This document shows, in pieces, positions 9,050-18,577 of a DNA stretch of 64,000 nucleotides (positions are counted from its first letter, which is position 1; each line of letters starts with the position of its first letter). The translations under genes and the position numbers were made by a program. The notes under the pieces are model-generated. The model was not told the origin of the DNA. It worked only from the letters and a program-made list of their open reading frames with translations, and did not search any database. The stretch comes from Oscillospiraceae bacterium. GTDB taxonomy: Bacteria; Bacillota; Clostridia; UMGS1883. The stretch covers positions 519-64,518 of the forward strand of contig SVJW01000006.1 in the NCBI GenBank assembly GCA_015068735.1. The letters run 5' to 3'.

Positions 9050-10546
9050 ATGAAGGTATTGAAAGTTGAGCAGCGCGAAGATAAGAGAATGTATCTCGAA
9101 ATCGAAATCGACAGCGCACAGTTTGAAGAAGCTATGGAAAGAAGCTACAAGAAGAATGTTAAGCAGATTAACATCCCCGGCTTTAGAAAGGGTAAAGCAC
9201 CCAGAAGAATTATTGAAAAATACTACACTGAGGCAATTTTCTATGATGATGCAATTAACTTTGCAGTGCCCGGTGCATATGATAAAGCAGTAGAGGAAAG
9301 CGGTATTGAACCTGTTGAAATGCCTGAAATCGACATTGTTAAGCTTGAAAAGGGCGAAAACTTTGTATTTAGCGCACTTGTAACAGTTCGTCCCGAAGTT
9401 ACTCTTGGCGATTACAAGGGTATAACAGCAGAAAAGGATGTCAATACTGTAACAGATGAAGAAGTAGACGCTGAAATCAAGAGAATGCAGGAAAATGCTG
9501 CAAGCGTTTCTACTATTACAGAAGGCACTATCGAAATGGGCGACAAGGTTGACCTTAACTTTGAAGGTTTTGTTGACGAGGCCCCGTTTGAAGGCGGTAA
9601 GGGTGAGAACTACGCTCTTGTACTTGGTTCAAACAGCTTCATCCCCGGTTTCGAGGAGCAGATTGCGGGCAAGACAATCGGTGAAGATTTCGATGTTAAT
9701 GTAACATTCCCCGAAGATTACCATGCAGAAGAGCTTAAGGGCAAGGCTGCAATCTTCAAGTGTAAGGTTAATTCTGTTGAAAAGAAGAACCTTCCCGAAC
9801 TTGATGATGAATTTGCAAAAGATGTAAGCGAATTCGATACACTTGCTGAGCTTAAGGCTGATGCAAAGGCTAAGCTTCAGGAAAGAAAAGACAACGAAGC
9901 TCAGCGTAAGTTTGAAGATGCAGTTATCGACATTGCTGTTGACAATGCAACAGTTGATGTTCCTAAGTGCATGGTTGACCAGCAGATTGAAAACCAGATT
10001 CAGGATATTTCCTACAGACTTCAGAGCCAGGGTATGCCTCTTGAACAGTACCTTCAGTTCACAGGTATGACAATGGATACACTTCGTGACCAGCTTAAGG
10101 AAACTGCAGAAAAGGCAGTTAAGAGCCAGCTCGTTCTTGCTGAAATTGCAAAGGCAGAAAACATTGAAGTTTCTGATGAAGATGTAGATGCAGAATTCCA
10201 GAAGATGGCTGATATGTACGGTATGGAAGTAGAGAAGGTTAAGGAACTTATGGGTGCAAACATTGAAGCACTTAAGACTGACCTTAAGACACAGAAGACC
10301 GTTAAAGCTATTGTAGATACTGCAAAGGCAGGTAAGGCGAAGAAGGCGGCTGCTAAGAAGCCCGCTGCAAAGAAAACTGCTGAAGGTGAAGAAAAGAAGC
10401 CTGCTGCAAAGAAGACAACAACAGCTAAGAAGACAACAACAAAGAAAGCTGCTGACGGTGAAGCTAAGAAGCCTGCTACCAAGAAGGCAACAACAGCTAA
10501 GAAAACCACAACAGCTAAAAAGACAACTAAAAAAGACGCTGAATAA
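9050..10546 (+). CDS. tig: Trigger factor with Lys/Ala/Thr-rich C-terminal extension
   Basis: IPGFRKGKAP ribosome-binding loop, FKBP domain (FEGG...FIPGFEEQ...FPEDYHAEELKGK). Confidence 0.97.
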   Translation: MKVLKVEQREDKRMYLEIEIDSAQFEEAMERSYKKNVKQINIPGFRKGKAPRRIIEKYYTEAIFYDDAINFAVPGAYDKAVEESGIEPVEMPEIDIVKLEKGENFVFSALVTVRPEVTLGDYKGITAEKDVNTVTDEEVDAEIKRMQENAASVSTITEGTIEMGDKVDLNFEGFVDEAPFEGGKGENYALVLGSNSFIPGFEEQIAGKTIGEDFDVNVTFPEDYHAEELKGKAAIFKCKVNSVEKKNLPELDDEFAKDVSEFDTLAELKADAKAKLQERKDNEAQRKFEDAVIDIAVDNATVDVPKCMVDQQIENQIQDISYRLQSQGMPLEQYLQFTGMTMDTLRDQLKETAEKAVKSQLVLAEIAKAENIEVSDEDVDAEFQKMADMYGMEVEKVKELMGANIEALKTDLKTQKTVKAIVDTAKAGKAKKAAAKKPAAKKTAEGEEKKPAAKKTTTAKKTTTKKAADGEAKKPATKKATTAKKTTTAKKTTKKDAE

Positions 10547-10599
10547 TTTAGCGTTAAAGGTACAAAAGACGGCAAAAATTTAAAAGAGGAGGATGCAAG

Positions 10600-11181
10600 A
10601 TGAGTTTAGTTCCATACGTTATAGAACAGACAGGACAGGGTGAAAGATCCTACGACATTTTTTCAAGACTTTTAAAGGACAGAATTATTTTCTTCGGTGA
10701 CGAAGTAAACGACCAGACAGCAAGTATAATTGTTGCACAGATGCTTTTCCTTGAAAGCGAAGATCCTGACAAGGATATCATGCTTTACATCAATAGCCCC
10801 GGCGGAAGTATTACAGCCGGTATGGCAATATATGACACAATGAATTATATCAAGTGTGACGTTTCTACAATCTGTGTAGGTATGGCGGCAAGCATGGGTG
10901 CATTCCTTCTTTCTGCCGGTGCCAAAGGAAAGAGACTTGCACTTCCCAACAGTGAAATTATGATTCACCAGCCTTTGGGTGGTATGCAGGGTCAGGCAAC
11001 GGATATAAAAATTCATGCAGACAGAATTATTCGTATGAAGGATAAGCTGAATACTATCCTCAGCGAAAACACAGGCCGTCCTTTAGAGGAAATTGTGCGC
11101 GATACTGAGCGTGACAATTTCATGAGTGCACAGGAAGCACTTGATTACGGCTTGATCGATAAAATCATTACTGCAAGATAA
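10600..11181 (+). CDS. clpP: ATP-dependent Clp protease proteolytic subunit
   Basis: [41 protein letters not shown]. Confidence 0.98.
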   Translation: MSLVPYVIEQTGQGERSYDIFSRLLKDRIIFFGDEVNDQTASIIVAQMLFLESEDPDKDIMLYINSPGGSITAGMAIYDTMNYIKCDVSTICVGMAASMGAFLLSAGAKGKRLALPNSEIMIHQPLGGMQGQATDIKIHADRIIRMKDKLNTILSENTGRPLEEIVRDTERDNFMSAQEALDYGLIDKIITAR

Positions 11182-11190
11182 ACAAAACAT

Positions 11191-11219
11191 AAAAAGGCTA
11201 CGCCTATGCGTAGCCTTTT
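11191..11219 (+). terminator. Hairpin between clpP and clpX
   Basis: aaaaaggctacgc-ctat-gcgtagcctttt. Confidence 0.7.
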
Positions 11220-11256
11220 CAAAGTTTATTATGTGAATTTGAGAGGAATGATGTAA

Positions 11257-12525
11257 ATGCCTAAGAATGAAGATAAACAGCTCAGATGTTCTTTCTGCGG
11301 TAAAACCCAGGATGAAGTAACAAGACTTATTTCTGGTCCCGGCGTATATATTTGTGATGAATGTATCGAGGTTTGTTATGAACTTTTAGATGCTGAGTTT
11401 GAAAACTATGATCCTCAGGGTGATATTCCTGATGTGCCTGAACTTGAAAAAGTGCCTGTGCCTCAGGAAATAAAAGCAGTTCTCGACGATTATGTAATCG
11501 GTCAGGAAAAAGCGAAGAGAAGCCTTGCAGTGGCAGTATATAACCATTACAAACGTATAAATTCCAAGATTGATACCGAGGGTGTAGACCTGCAGAAGAG
11601 TAATATCCTTATGATAGGACCTACAGGTAGCGGTAAAACACTTCTTGCACAGACTTTGGCAAAAGTGCTTCAGGTTCCTTTTGCAATTGCCGATGCAACC
11701 AGTCTTACGGAAGCCGGTTATGTAGGCGAAGATGTTGAAAATATTCTGCTTAAGCTTATTCAAGCGGCAGATTACGATATAAAGAAAGCAGAGAAAGGTA
11801 TTATCTATATTGACGAAATCGATAAGATTACCAAGAAGAGTGAAAATGTATCCATCACCCGTGATGTTAGTGGTGAAGGCGTACAGCAGGCACTTCTTAA
11901 AATTCTTGAAGGTACGGTTGCCTCTGTTCCTCCACAGGGTGGAAGAAAGCATCCCCATCAGGAACTTTTACAGATTGATACAACAAATATTCTCTTTATC
12001 TGCGGCGGTGCTTTCTCAGGACTTGATAAAATTATCGAGAAACGCGTAGGAAAGCAGGGGGTAGGCTTTGGCGCTGATGTTAAGAGTAAGCATAAAAGTA
12101 ATGTAGGCGAATCCTTTAAAAAGGTTGAGCCTCAGGATCTTTTGAAATTTGGTCTTATTCCCGAATTTGTTGGCCGTGTTCCCGTGGTAGTAACATTGGA
12201 GCAGCTTGATGAAGAAGCTCTTAAAATGATTTTGACAGAGCCTAAAAATGCTCTCGTAAAACAGTATAAGAAACTTTTCCAGATGGATGGGGTAGAGCTT
12301 GAAATAGAAGACGAGGCACTTTCTTTCATTGCTAAGAAAGCTATAGAACGAGATACAGGCGCAAGAGGACTTCGCGCAATTATTGAGGGAGCTCTTTCTG
12401 ATGCTATGTACGAAATCCCCTCCGATAAAGATATTAAGAAAGCTATCTTTACGAAGGATGTTTTTGAAGGAAATGCAGAACCTGAGCTTGTAAAAGCTAA
12501 AAAGAAATCAGAAGAAATAGCATAA
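11257..12525 (+). CDS. clpX: Clp protease ATP-binding subunit ClpX
   Basis: CSFCGK...ICDEC zinc finger, [28 protein letters not shown]. Confidence 0.98.
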   Translation: MPKNEDKQLRCSFCGKTQDEVTRLISGPGVYICDECIEVCYELLDAEFENYDPQGDIPDVPELEKVPVPQEIKAVLDDYVIGQEKAKRSLAVAVYNHYKRINSKIDTEGVDLQKSNILMIGPTGSGKTLLAQTLAKVLQVPFAIADATSLTEAGYVGEDVENILLKLIQAADYDIKKAEKGIIYIDEIDKITKKSENVSITRDVSGEGVQQALLKILEGTVASVPPQGGRKHPHQELLQIDTTNILFICGGAFSGLDKIIEKRVGKQGVGFGADVKSKHKSNVGESFKKVEPQDLLKFGLIPEFVGRVPVVVTLEQLDEEALKMILTEPKNALVKQYKKLFQMDGVELEIEDEALSFIAKKAIERDTGARGLRAIIEGALSDAMYEIPSDKDIKKAIFTKDVFEGNAEPELVKAKKKSEEIA

Positions 12526-12572
12526 AAAGTGGGTGCAAGGAAGCTTGCACCCCTTATAATAGGGTGATACAA

Positions 12573-13739
12573 ATGACTTACAGAACAACTCAGCGTTGCT
12601 GTTATATGGGATACGTTGTTCAGGCGGTAGCAATAAATTTTTTGCCGTTGCTTTTTGTAATATTTCAAAATGAATATAACCTCAGCTATGCTCTTATAGG
12701 AACGCTGATTGCAGTAAACTTTCTTACCCAGCTTTGTGTAGATATTGTATCGGTATTTTTACTGGATAAAATCGGATACAGAAAATCAGCGGTAGCATCG
12801 CAACTTAGCTGTACCATCGGTTTTATACTCCTTGCATTTTTACCGGATATAATGCCACCTTATATTGGATTATGTATAGGAGTAATTCTTTATTCTATCG
12901 GAGCAGGACTTATAGAGGTGGTTATAAATCCCATAATCGCAGGTATACCAAAAGAATACGGACAAAATTTTGTGTTTACCCATTCTTTTTACTCATGGGG
13001 ACAGCTATCTGTTGTTTTGGCAACTACAGTCGCGCTGAGGATTTTCGGCGAAACTTCGTGGCGATTGATTTCTGTTTTTTGGGGGATATTGCCCTTGATA
13101 AACGGATTAATACTTGCTAAAACACCAATTTCTCCGCCTATAGCGGAAGAAAAGAGGGAAAGGGTAACAGAACTCTTAAAAAACAAAACATTTATCGCTA
13201 TACTTCTTTTAATGATTTGTGCAGGAGGAAGCGAGCTTGCTATGGCACAATGGGCGTCAACTTTTGCACAGAATGCATTGGGAATTGATAAAATGACGGG
13301 TGACCTTTTAGGACCGTGTCTCTTCGCGTTTTTTATGGGAGTAGGCAGACTTATTTACGGCATTTATGAAAAGAGGATGAATTTCAAAATTTATTCAATA
13401 TCCTGTTGTGTTTTGTGCTTGGTGTGTTACCTTGCGGCGGCACTTTCAAAAAACCCGATTATATCTCTTGCAGGATGTTCTCTTTGCGGATTTGCAATCA
13501 GCACGCTCTGGCCGGGAACAGTTGAGCTTGCGGCAAAGAAATTCCCGGACGGAAGCGGTGCAATGTATAGTACAGTAGCAATTTTTGGCGATGTTGGTTG
13601 CTCGGTTGCACCTTTTATAACAGGACTTATAGCATCCATGACTGTATGGGGTGAGAATGCTCTTCGCGCAGGGCTTTTGGTAAATATAATATACCCGATT
13701 GTTTTTATAATGATTATCAGAAAACTTATAAAAAAATAG
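12573..13739 (+). CDS. MFS transporter (FucP-like sugar permease)
   Basis: About 12 hydrophobic segments, LLDKIGYR loop motif, HSFYSWG, ELAMAQWASTFA. Confidence 0.85.
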   Translation: MTYRTTQRCCYMGYVVQAVAINFLPLLFVIFQNEYNLSYALIGTLIAVNFLTQLCVDIVSVFLLDKIGYRKSAVASQLSCTIGFILLAFLPDIMPPYIGLCIGVILYSIGAGLIEVVINPIIAGIPKEYGQNFVFTHSFYSWGQLSVVLATTVALRIFGETSWRLISVFWGILPLINGLILAKTPISPPIAEEKRERVTELLKNKTFIAILLLMICAGGSELAMAQWASTFAQNALGIDKMTGDLLGPCLFAFFMGVGRLIYGIYEKRMNFKIYSISCCVLCLVCYLAAALSKNPIISLAGCSLCGFAISTLWPGTVELAAKKFPDGSGAMYSTVAIFGDVGCSVAPFITGLIASMTVWGENALRAGLLVNIIYPIVFIMIIRKLIKK

Positions 13740-14040
13740 TTATCACAACGCCACAGCCAGGTAAGGCAGTTTTGGTTTTGAAGCCATATTTTTAATTTAT
13801 ACTACATCAAAAAATCCCGTAATACGTCAGTATTACGGGATTTTTATTCTTTGTCTAAATATAAAAATCTGATATTCAAAACTGCTTTTGCATCCTGAAA
13901 TCAAAATTTTTGTACGAAGTTCAAGGCGAAAAATGGACATAATCCTGACGGATATGGGCATTTTTCAACGCTGAAATTCTGCAAAAAGGTGATTTTCAGG
14001 ACAATACTTCCTTATCTGGCTGTGGCGAATATGATAACTA
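13737..14040. repeat. Y-shaped palindromic intergenic element, copy 3 (between convergent genes)
   Basis: Terminal IR tagttatcacaacgccacagccaggtaagg / ccttatctggctgtggcgaatatgataacta; apex cccgtaatac-gtca-gtattacggg; arm 2 tcctgaaa...tttcagga. Confidence 0.78.
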
Positions 14041-15108
14041 TTTTTTTTCTATAAATTCAATATTTTCAATTCCTTCAAAATCTTTGGAACGCTCTATGAT
14101 TTTTTTCTTTACTCTTTTAAAATCATCTCCCAAAAGGGGGGTGGGCTGGTAGTTGTTTCTTGTCTTTTCAGAAGAAATAGAACAGGGGATAACAGATACC
14201 CTTTCTTTAGGACGAAGTTTTCCGTTTTCAAAAAGGAATGTTTGTTGGAAAATCATAGTGTCCTTATCGGTAGGATTTTTATTACCGCCAAAACAGAAAT
14301 TTCCGAGACTGTACAAAATATACTTGTTCTTGTATTTCTCAATTCCCTGTAAAACATGTGGATGATGCCCTATAACAAGGTCTGCACCATTGTCAATAGC
14401 AGTATGGGCAAGATTTTTTTGTGTTGCATTGGGTGAATGTGCGAGCTCTTCGCCCCAATGAAAATTTGCAATAATCAGGTCGGGGGACAGGGCTTTCAAT
14501 TTCTCGAGATTTTCGATAAATGCGGACACTTCATTGCTTCGTTGCGTGTTTGTGCCTATTAAACCAATTTTAATTCCGTTAACTTCCGTAACTGTGAAGT
14601 TATCTCCCTCAAACCATACTATATCGTTTTCTGACATAATGGCTTTTGTATCATCCTTGGAAATATCTCCATAGTCACGGGAATGGTTGTTGGATAGGTT
14701 TACCGCTTCAACAGACGAAGAAGTAAGTATGTTTACATATTCAGGATTTCCCCTGAAAGCAAATTCCTTATCGGCTCTTGTTCCTCTTTCGGATAGTGTG
14801 CCTTCAAAATTAACAATCGTGAGGTTGTCCTTATTAAAAATATCAGATACATTTTTTAAAAAGTGAGTATAATCGTAATTTACAGCTTTTACTTCGTTGA
14901 CAAAACTCCCGCTGCCAGTAGCGTTTATATCCGTTGCAAACGTACAATCACCTACGGCACTTACTGTAATTACGGTATAATTACTTTTTAAATCCTCTTC
15001 TTTGTATGCCGGCTTAATTTCTTTTTTGTATGTTATAAAGTCTGCCACCTGCCACCCTGCAATAATAAGCAGAAGTGAACTGCACAGGATAATTAAACTT
15101 TTTCTCAT
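14038..15108 (-). CDS. CapA-family (PGA_cap) metallophosphatase-fold protein with N-terminal anchor
   Basis: AVGD, VNFEG, LSNNHSRDYG, FHWGEE, GHHPHVLQ, YSLGNF. Confidence 0.92.
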   Translation of the reverse strand: MRKSLIILCSSLLLIIAGWQVADFITYKKEIKPAYKEEDLKSNYTVITVSAVGDCTFATDINATGSGSFVNEVKAVNYDYTHFLKNVSDIFNKDNLTIVNFEGTLSERGTRADKEFAFRGNPEYVNILTSSSVEAVNLSNNHSRDYGDISKDDTKAIMSENDIVWFEGDNFTVTEVNGIKIGLIGTNTQRSNEVSAFIENLEKLKALSPDLIIANFHWGEELAHSPNATQKNLAHTAIDNGADLVIGHHPHVLQGIEKYKNKYILYSLGNFCFGGNKNPTDKDTMIFQQTFLFENGKLRPKERVSVIPCSISSEKTRNNYQPTPLLGDDFKRVKKKIIERSKDFEGIENIEFIEKK

Positions 15109-15144
15109 AGCTTGTATCCTTTTAAATCAGTACTTTTATATTAT

Positions 15145-15172
15145 ATATATGAGTCATATTTGTATAATATGC
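15145..15172 (-). promoter_or_regulatory. Possible SigE-like sporulation promoter for the CapA gene
   Basis: Minus strand gcATAtt-14 bp-CATATAT resembles the SigE consensus; AT-rich context makes this weak. Confidence 0.3.
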
Positions 15173-15178
15173 AAAACA

Positions 15179-15961
15179 TCATATAAACGGAGCAATTCCG
15201 TGCTTCTTGCATAATTCGTTTGACAAATCAACAAAAATTTCAAGTTTAGCCTTAAGCTGCATCATTGCAATATGATATTCTGAATTTTCTTTGCCTTCTT
15301 CTGCTTCCTGCTCTGTCGGAGCATCTTCCGAAGGAGCTATTATATTCATATTTGACGAGGCATCATGAATGAGTCCGGATATTGTCAGCACATCGTCTGA
15401 AACTTCTTGTGACACATTTTTATCGGAAGAATATGCATACAACATAACAGACAAATCGAGCATATCCTCACATACATCTTTAAAACTGCTGTGAAGAATA
15501 GTTATATCCTTATCCTCAGAAGAATATGAGATGGAAACTTTCATTAAGTGTTTCGACTTTTCATAAATGTCGTTTTCTTGGCAATACCTCTGCGCTTCTT
15601 CAAAATTCATATCTTCCAACGCAACTGCATGATTAACCAATTCAGTGAACTCTTCAATATGTATGGAAACAAAATCTTTTATGTAATCTTTAAAATTGTC
15701 TTTAAAAGAATGCTGAGTGAAAAGGACAATAGCAGCACTTAAAATAGCGGATAAAAGACAGGTAAATATCTTTTTCAAAAAGAAATTTATTGCAGAATCT
15801 TTTCCGTTTTTCACAATCTTAGTCTTGGCATTCTTTACCATTGTCTTTATTTTCTTTTCTTCGACAGGAGCTTCGGGAATTGTATCATCTGCAGAAATTG
15901 TGTTATCGGGCGTAATATCTCCATCCTGCACCAATTTATTTTTCTTTTTAAAAATACTCAT
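15179..15961 (-). CDS. Hypothetical single-pass membrane protein
   Basis: 260 aa ORF with one hydrophobic segment (IFTCLLSAILSAAIVLF); no recognised family. Confidence 0.65.
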   Translation of the reverse strand: MSIFKKKNKLVQDGDITPDNTISADDTIPEAPVEEKKIKTMVKNAKTKIVKNGKDSAINFFLKKIFTCLLSAILSAAIVLFTQHSFKDNFKDYIKDFVSIHIEEFTELVNHAVALEDMNFEEAQRYCQENDIYEKSKHLMKVSISYSSEDKDITILHSSFKDVCEDMLDLSVMLYAYSSDKNVSQEVSDDVLTISGLIHDASSNMNIIAPSEDAPTEQEAEEGKENSEYHIAMMQLKAKLEIFVDLSNELCKKHGIAPFI

Positions 15962-16155
15962 TTCTTTTCGCCCTCATCTTCATCAGAATTATATGTCCAT
16001 TGCATTTGAACACTATCACTATGTTTCCTTGTGCAAATGCTTTCATAAACTGAGTATATCATAGAAAGTACTATTTTTCAATACAATTTTCAATGCCATA
16101 ATCAGACAGCAAAGGGGTGAAGCTTATGATGTGTTTTTGCTTATTGTTCTGATAT

Positions 16156-16195
16156 AAAAAATGCACTGTGAAACGAAAATCCACAGTGCATTTTT
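16156..16195 (-). terminator. Intrinsic terminator
   Basis: aaaaaatgcactgtg...cacagtgcattttt. Confidence 0.7.
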
Positions 16196-16199
16196 GTTT

Positions 16200-16616
16200 T
16201 TAAAATTCCAAAGCATTAAATGCGTCTATAATCTCAGCATTTTCCGGTTCTCCGAGAGGGAATATAAGTACAATACCTTCTTTATGTGTAGCCGCCTTTA
16301 AATATCCGGTTCCGTTTATAATATCTTTATAAGCTTCACTGCCTTTTTCAAACTGATACAGTTCAACAGTTCCGTTATTGTATTCCTTTCCATCGATAGC
16401 ACCTATCATAGAATAGAAGGTTTCTGTTCCGCCTGTAAAACCAAGCTTTTCTGCTACTTCATCAATAGTGATTTCTGCTGTGTTTCCTGTTTCAGAACCT
16501 TGCTGGGTCTGATTGCTTTCTGTGCTTGTGTCACCTTTGGAATCTGTATTTCCTCCGTAAGCAACCAACGAAAAACACATTATCATTGCAACAAATAAAT
16601 GAAAGATTCTTTTCAT
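16200..16616 (-). CDS. Lipoprotein-like secreted protein (lipobox Cys replaced by Tyr)
   Basis: Signal peptide ending SLVAYGG, low-complexity S/T/Q linker; RBS aggagg. Confidence 0.75.
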   Translation of the reverse strand: MKRIFHLFVAMIMCFSLVAYGGNTDSKGDTSTESNQTQQGSETGNTAEITIDEVAEKLGFTGGTETFYSMIGAIDGKEYNNGTVELYQFEKGSEAYKDIINGTGYLKAATHKEGIVLIFPLGEPENAEIIDAFNALEF

Positions 16617-16683
16617 AATATATTCCTCCTACTTATGCTTTTATATAAAGAAATTATAAATGAAATTTTATATAATGTCAACA

Positions 16684-16719
16684 AAAACACACCGCAAGCT
16701 AAAAATTGCGGTGTGTTTT
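16684..16719 (-). terminator. Terminator of the NifU-like/GGGtGRT operon
   Basis: aaaacacaccgcaa...ttgcggtgtgtttt. Confidence 0.75.
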
Positions 16720-16734
16720 GATTTTAAAACAAAA

Positions 16735-17733
16735 TTACTTGCTTGCTTCTTCGATAGCAACTGCACAAGCAACGCTCATACCAACCATGGGGTTGTTACC
16801 TGCACCGATAAGTCCCATCATTTCAACATGAGCGGGAACGGAGGAGGAACCTGCAAACTGAGCATCAGAATGCATTCTACCCATTGTATCTGTCATACCG
16901 TAGGAAGCAGGACCTGCTGCCATATTATCGGGATGAAGAGTTCTACCTGTACCACCACCGGAAGCAACTGAGAAGTACTTCTTACCGATTTCGATACATT
17001 CTTTCTTATATGTACCTGCAACGGGATGCTGGAAACGTGTGGGGTTAGTTGAGTTACCTGTGATGGAAACGTCAACCTTTTCCTGATGCATGATAGCAAC
17101 ACCTTCACGAACGTCATCTGCACCGTAGCAACGAACCTTAGCTCTGGGGCCATTTGAATAAGCCTTTTCGCTAACGATTTCTAATTTACCTGTCATATAA
17201 TCAAACTTTGTTTCAACAAATGTGAAACCGTTGATTCTGGAGATAATCTGAGCTGCGTCCTTTCCAAGACCGTTAAGGATAACCTGGAGGGGTTCTTTTC
17301 TTACCTTGTTAGCGCTGTTTGCGATACCGATAGCACCTTCAGCAGCTGCAAAGGATTCGTGACCTGCAAGGAATGCAAAGCACTTTGTTTCTTCGCGAAG
17401 AAGCATTGCAGCAAGGTTACCGTGACCGAGACCAACCTTACGGTCGTCTGCAACAGAACCGGGAATACAGAAAGCCTGGAGACCTTCACCGATAGCTTCA
17501 GCAGCGTCTGCAGCCTTTGTGCAACCCTTCTTTATAGCAATAGCTGTACCTGTGATATATGCCCAGCAAGCGTTTTCAAAGCAGATGGGCTGAATACCCT
17601 TAATAAGGTTGTATACATCGATACCCTTGTCATCGCAAATCTTCTTTGCTTCTTCGAGGGATGCAATGCCGTACTTGTTAAGAGCTGCGTTTACCTGATT
17701 TATTCTTCTTTCGTAGCTTTCAAATAATGCCAT
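16735..17733 (-). CDS. GGGtGRT family protein
   Basis: Signature SVASGGGTGRTLHPDNM; N-terminus MALFESYERR. Confidence 0.95.
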   Translation of the reverse strand: MALFESYERRINQVNAALNKYGIASLEEAKKICDDKGIDVYNLIKGIQPICFENACWAYITGTAIAIKKGCTKAADAAEAIGEGLQAFCIPGSVADDRKVGLGHGNLAAMLLREETKCFAFLAGHESFAAAEGAIGIANSANKVRKEPLQVILNGLGKDAAQIISRINGFTFVETKFDYMTGKLEIVSEKAYSNGPRAKVRCYGADDVREGVAIMHQEKVDVSITGNSTNPTRFQHPVAGTYKKECIEIGKKYFSVASGGGTGRTLHPDNMAAGPASYGMTDTMGRMHSDAQFAGSSSVPAHVEMMGLIGAGNNPMVGMSVACAVAIEEASK

Positions 17734-17750
17734 TTTAATTTCCCCCTTTC

Positions 17751-18443
17751 TTATTCTTCACGCGGATCGATAACTTTAACCGCGTCGTCAAATCTGCCGT
17801 ACTGACCTGTTGCCTTCTCAAGAGCTTCGTTAGCATCCATACCCTTACGGATAGATTCCATCATCTTTCCGAGGTGTACGAACTTGTAACCGATAACCTG
17901 ATTGTCAGCATCGAGAGCCATCTTTGTGATGTAACCTTCAGCAAGCTCAAGGTATCTGGGCCCCTTAGCCTTTGTGCTGAAGAGAGTACCAACCTGGCTT
18001 CTAAGTCCCTTACCAAGGTCTTCAAGACCTGCACCAACGGGGAGACCGCCTTCGGAGAAAGCTGTCTGTGTTCTGCCGTAAACAATCTGGAGGAAAAGTT
18101 CTCTCATAGCTGTGTTGATAGCGTCACAAACAAGGTCTGTGTTAAGTGCTTCAAGAAGAGTCTTACCGGGAAGAATTTCAGATGCCATAGCAGCTGAATG
18201 TGTCATACCGGAGCAACCGAGAGTCTCTACAAGAGCTTCCTCGATAATACCGTTCTTTACATTAAGAGTAAGCTTGCAGGCACCCTGCTGGGGAGCACAC
18301 CAGCCTACACCGTGTGTAAGACCGTTAATGTCTGTAATCTGAGTGGAATGTGTCCATGTGCCTTCCTGAGGGATAGGTGCACACTTGTGACCAACGCCCT
18401 TAGCAACAACGCACATGTTTTCAACTTCATGTGAATAGTTCAT
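17751..18443 (-). CDS. NifU/IscU N-terminal-like Fe-S scaffold protein (GGGtGRT partner)
   Basis: HGVGWCAPQQGACKLTLNVK, ETLGCSGMTHS, LNTDLVCDAIN. Confidence 0.88.
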   Translation of the reverse strand: MNYSHEVENMCVVAKGVGHKCAPIPQEGTWTHSTQITDINGLTHGVGWCAPQQGACKLTLNVKNGIIEEALVETLGCSGMTHSAAMASEILPGKTLLEALNTDLVCDAINTAMRELFLQIVYGRTQTAFSEGGLPVGAGLEDLGKGLRSQVGTLFSTKAKGPRYLELAEGYITKMALDADNQVIGYKFVHLGKMMESIRKGMDANEALEKATGQYGRFDDAVKVIDPREE

Positions 18444-18539
18444 ATTCTAATCTCCTTTCAAAATCTCGCTTCTACTATTCTATCATTATTTTAATATCGA
18501 ATCAAGAGAAAAATTACTTTTTTCGCCATTTTTATGCAA

Positions 18540-18572
18540 AAAAACCGCCGTTTCACAAGAAATGGCGGTTTT
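18540..18572 (-). terminator. Intrinsic terminator
   Basis: aaaaaccgccgtttc-acaa-gaaatggcggttttt. Confidence 0.75.
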
Positions 18573-18577
18573 TGTGT

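Noticed and set aside
10054-10575. Hydrophobic repetitive 173-aa ORF resembling a membrane protein
   Set aside because: Antisense read-out of the Lys/Ala/Thr codons of the tig tail
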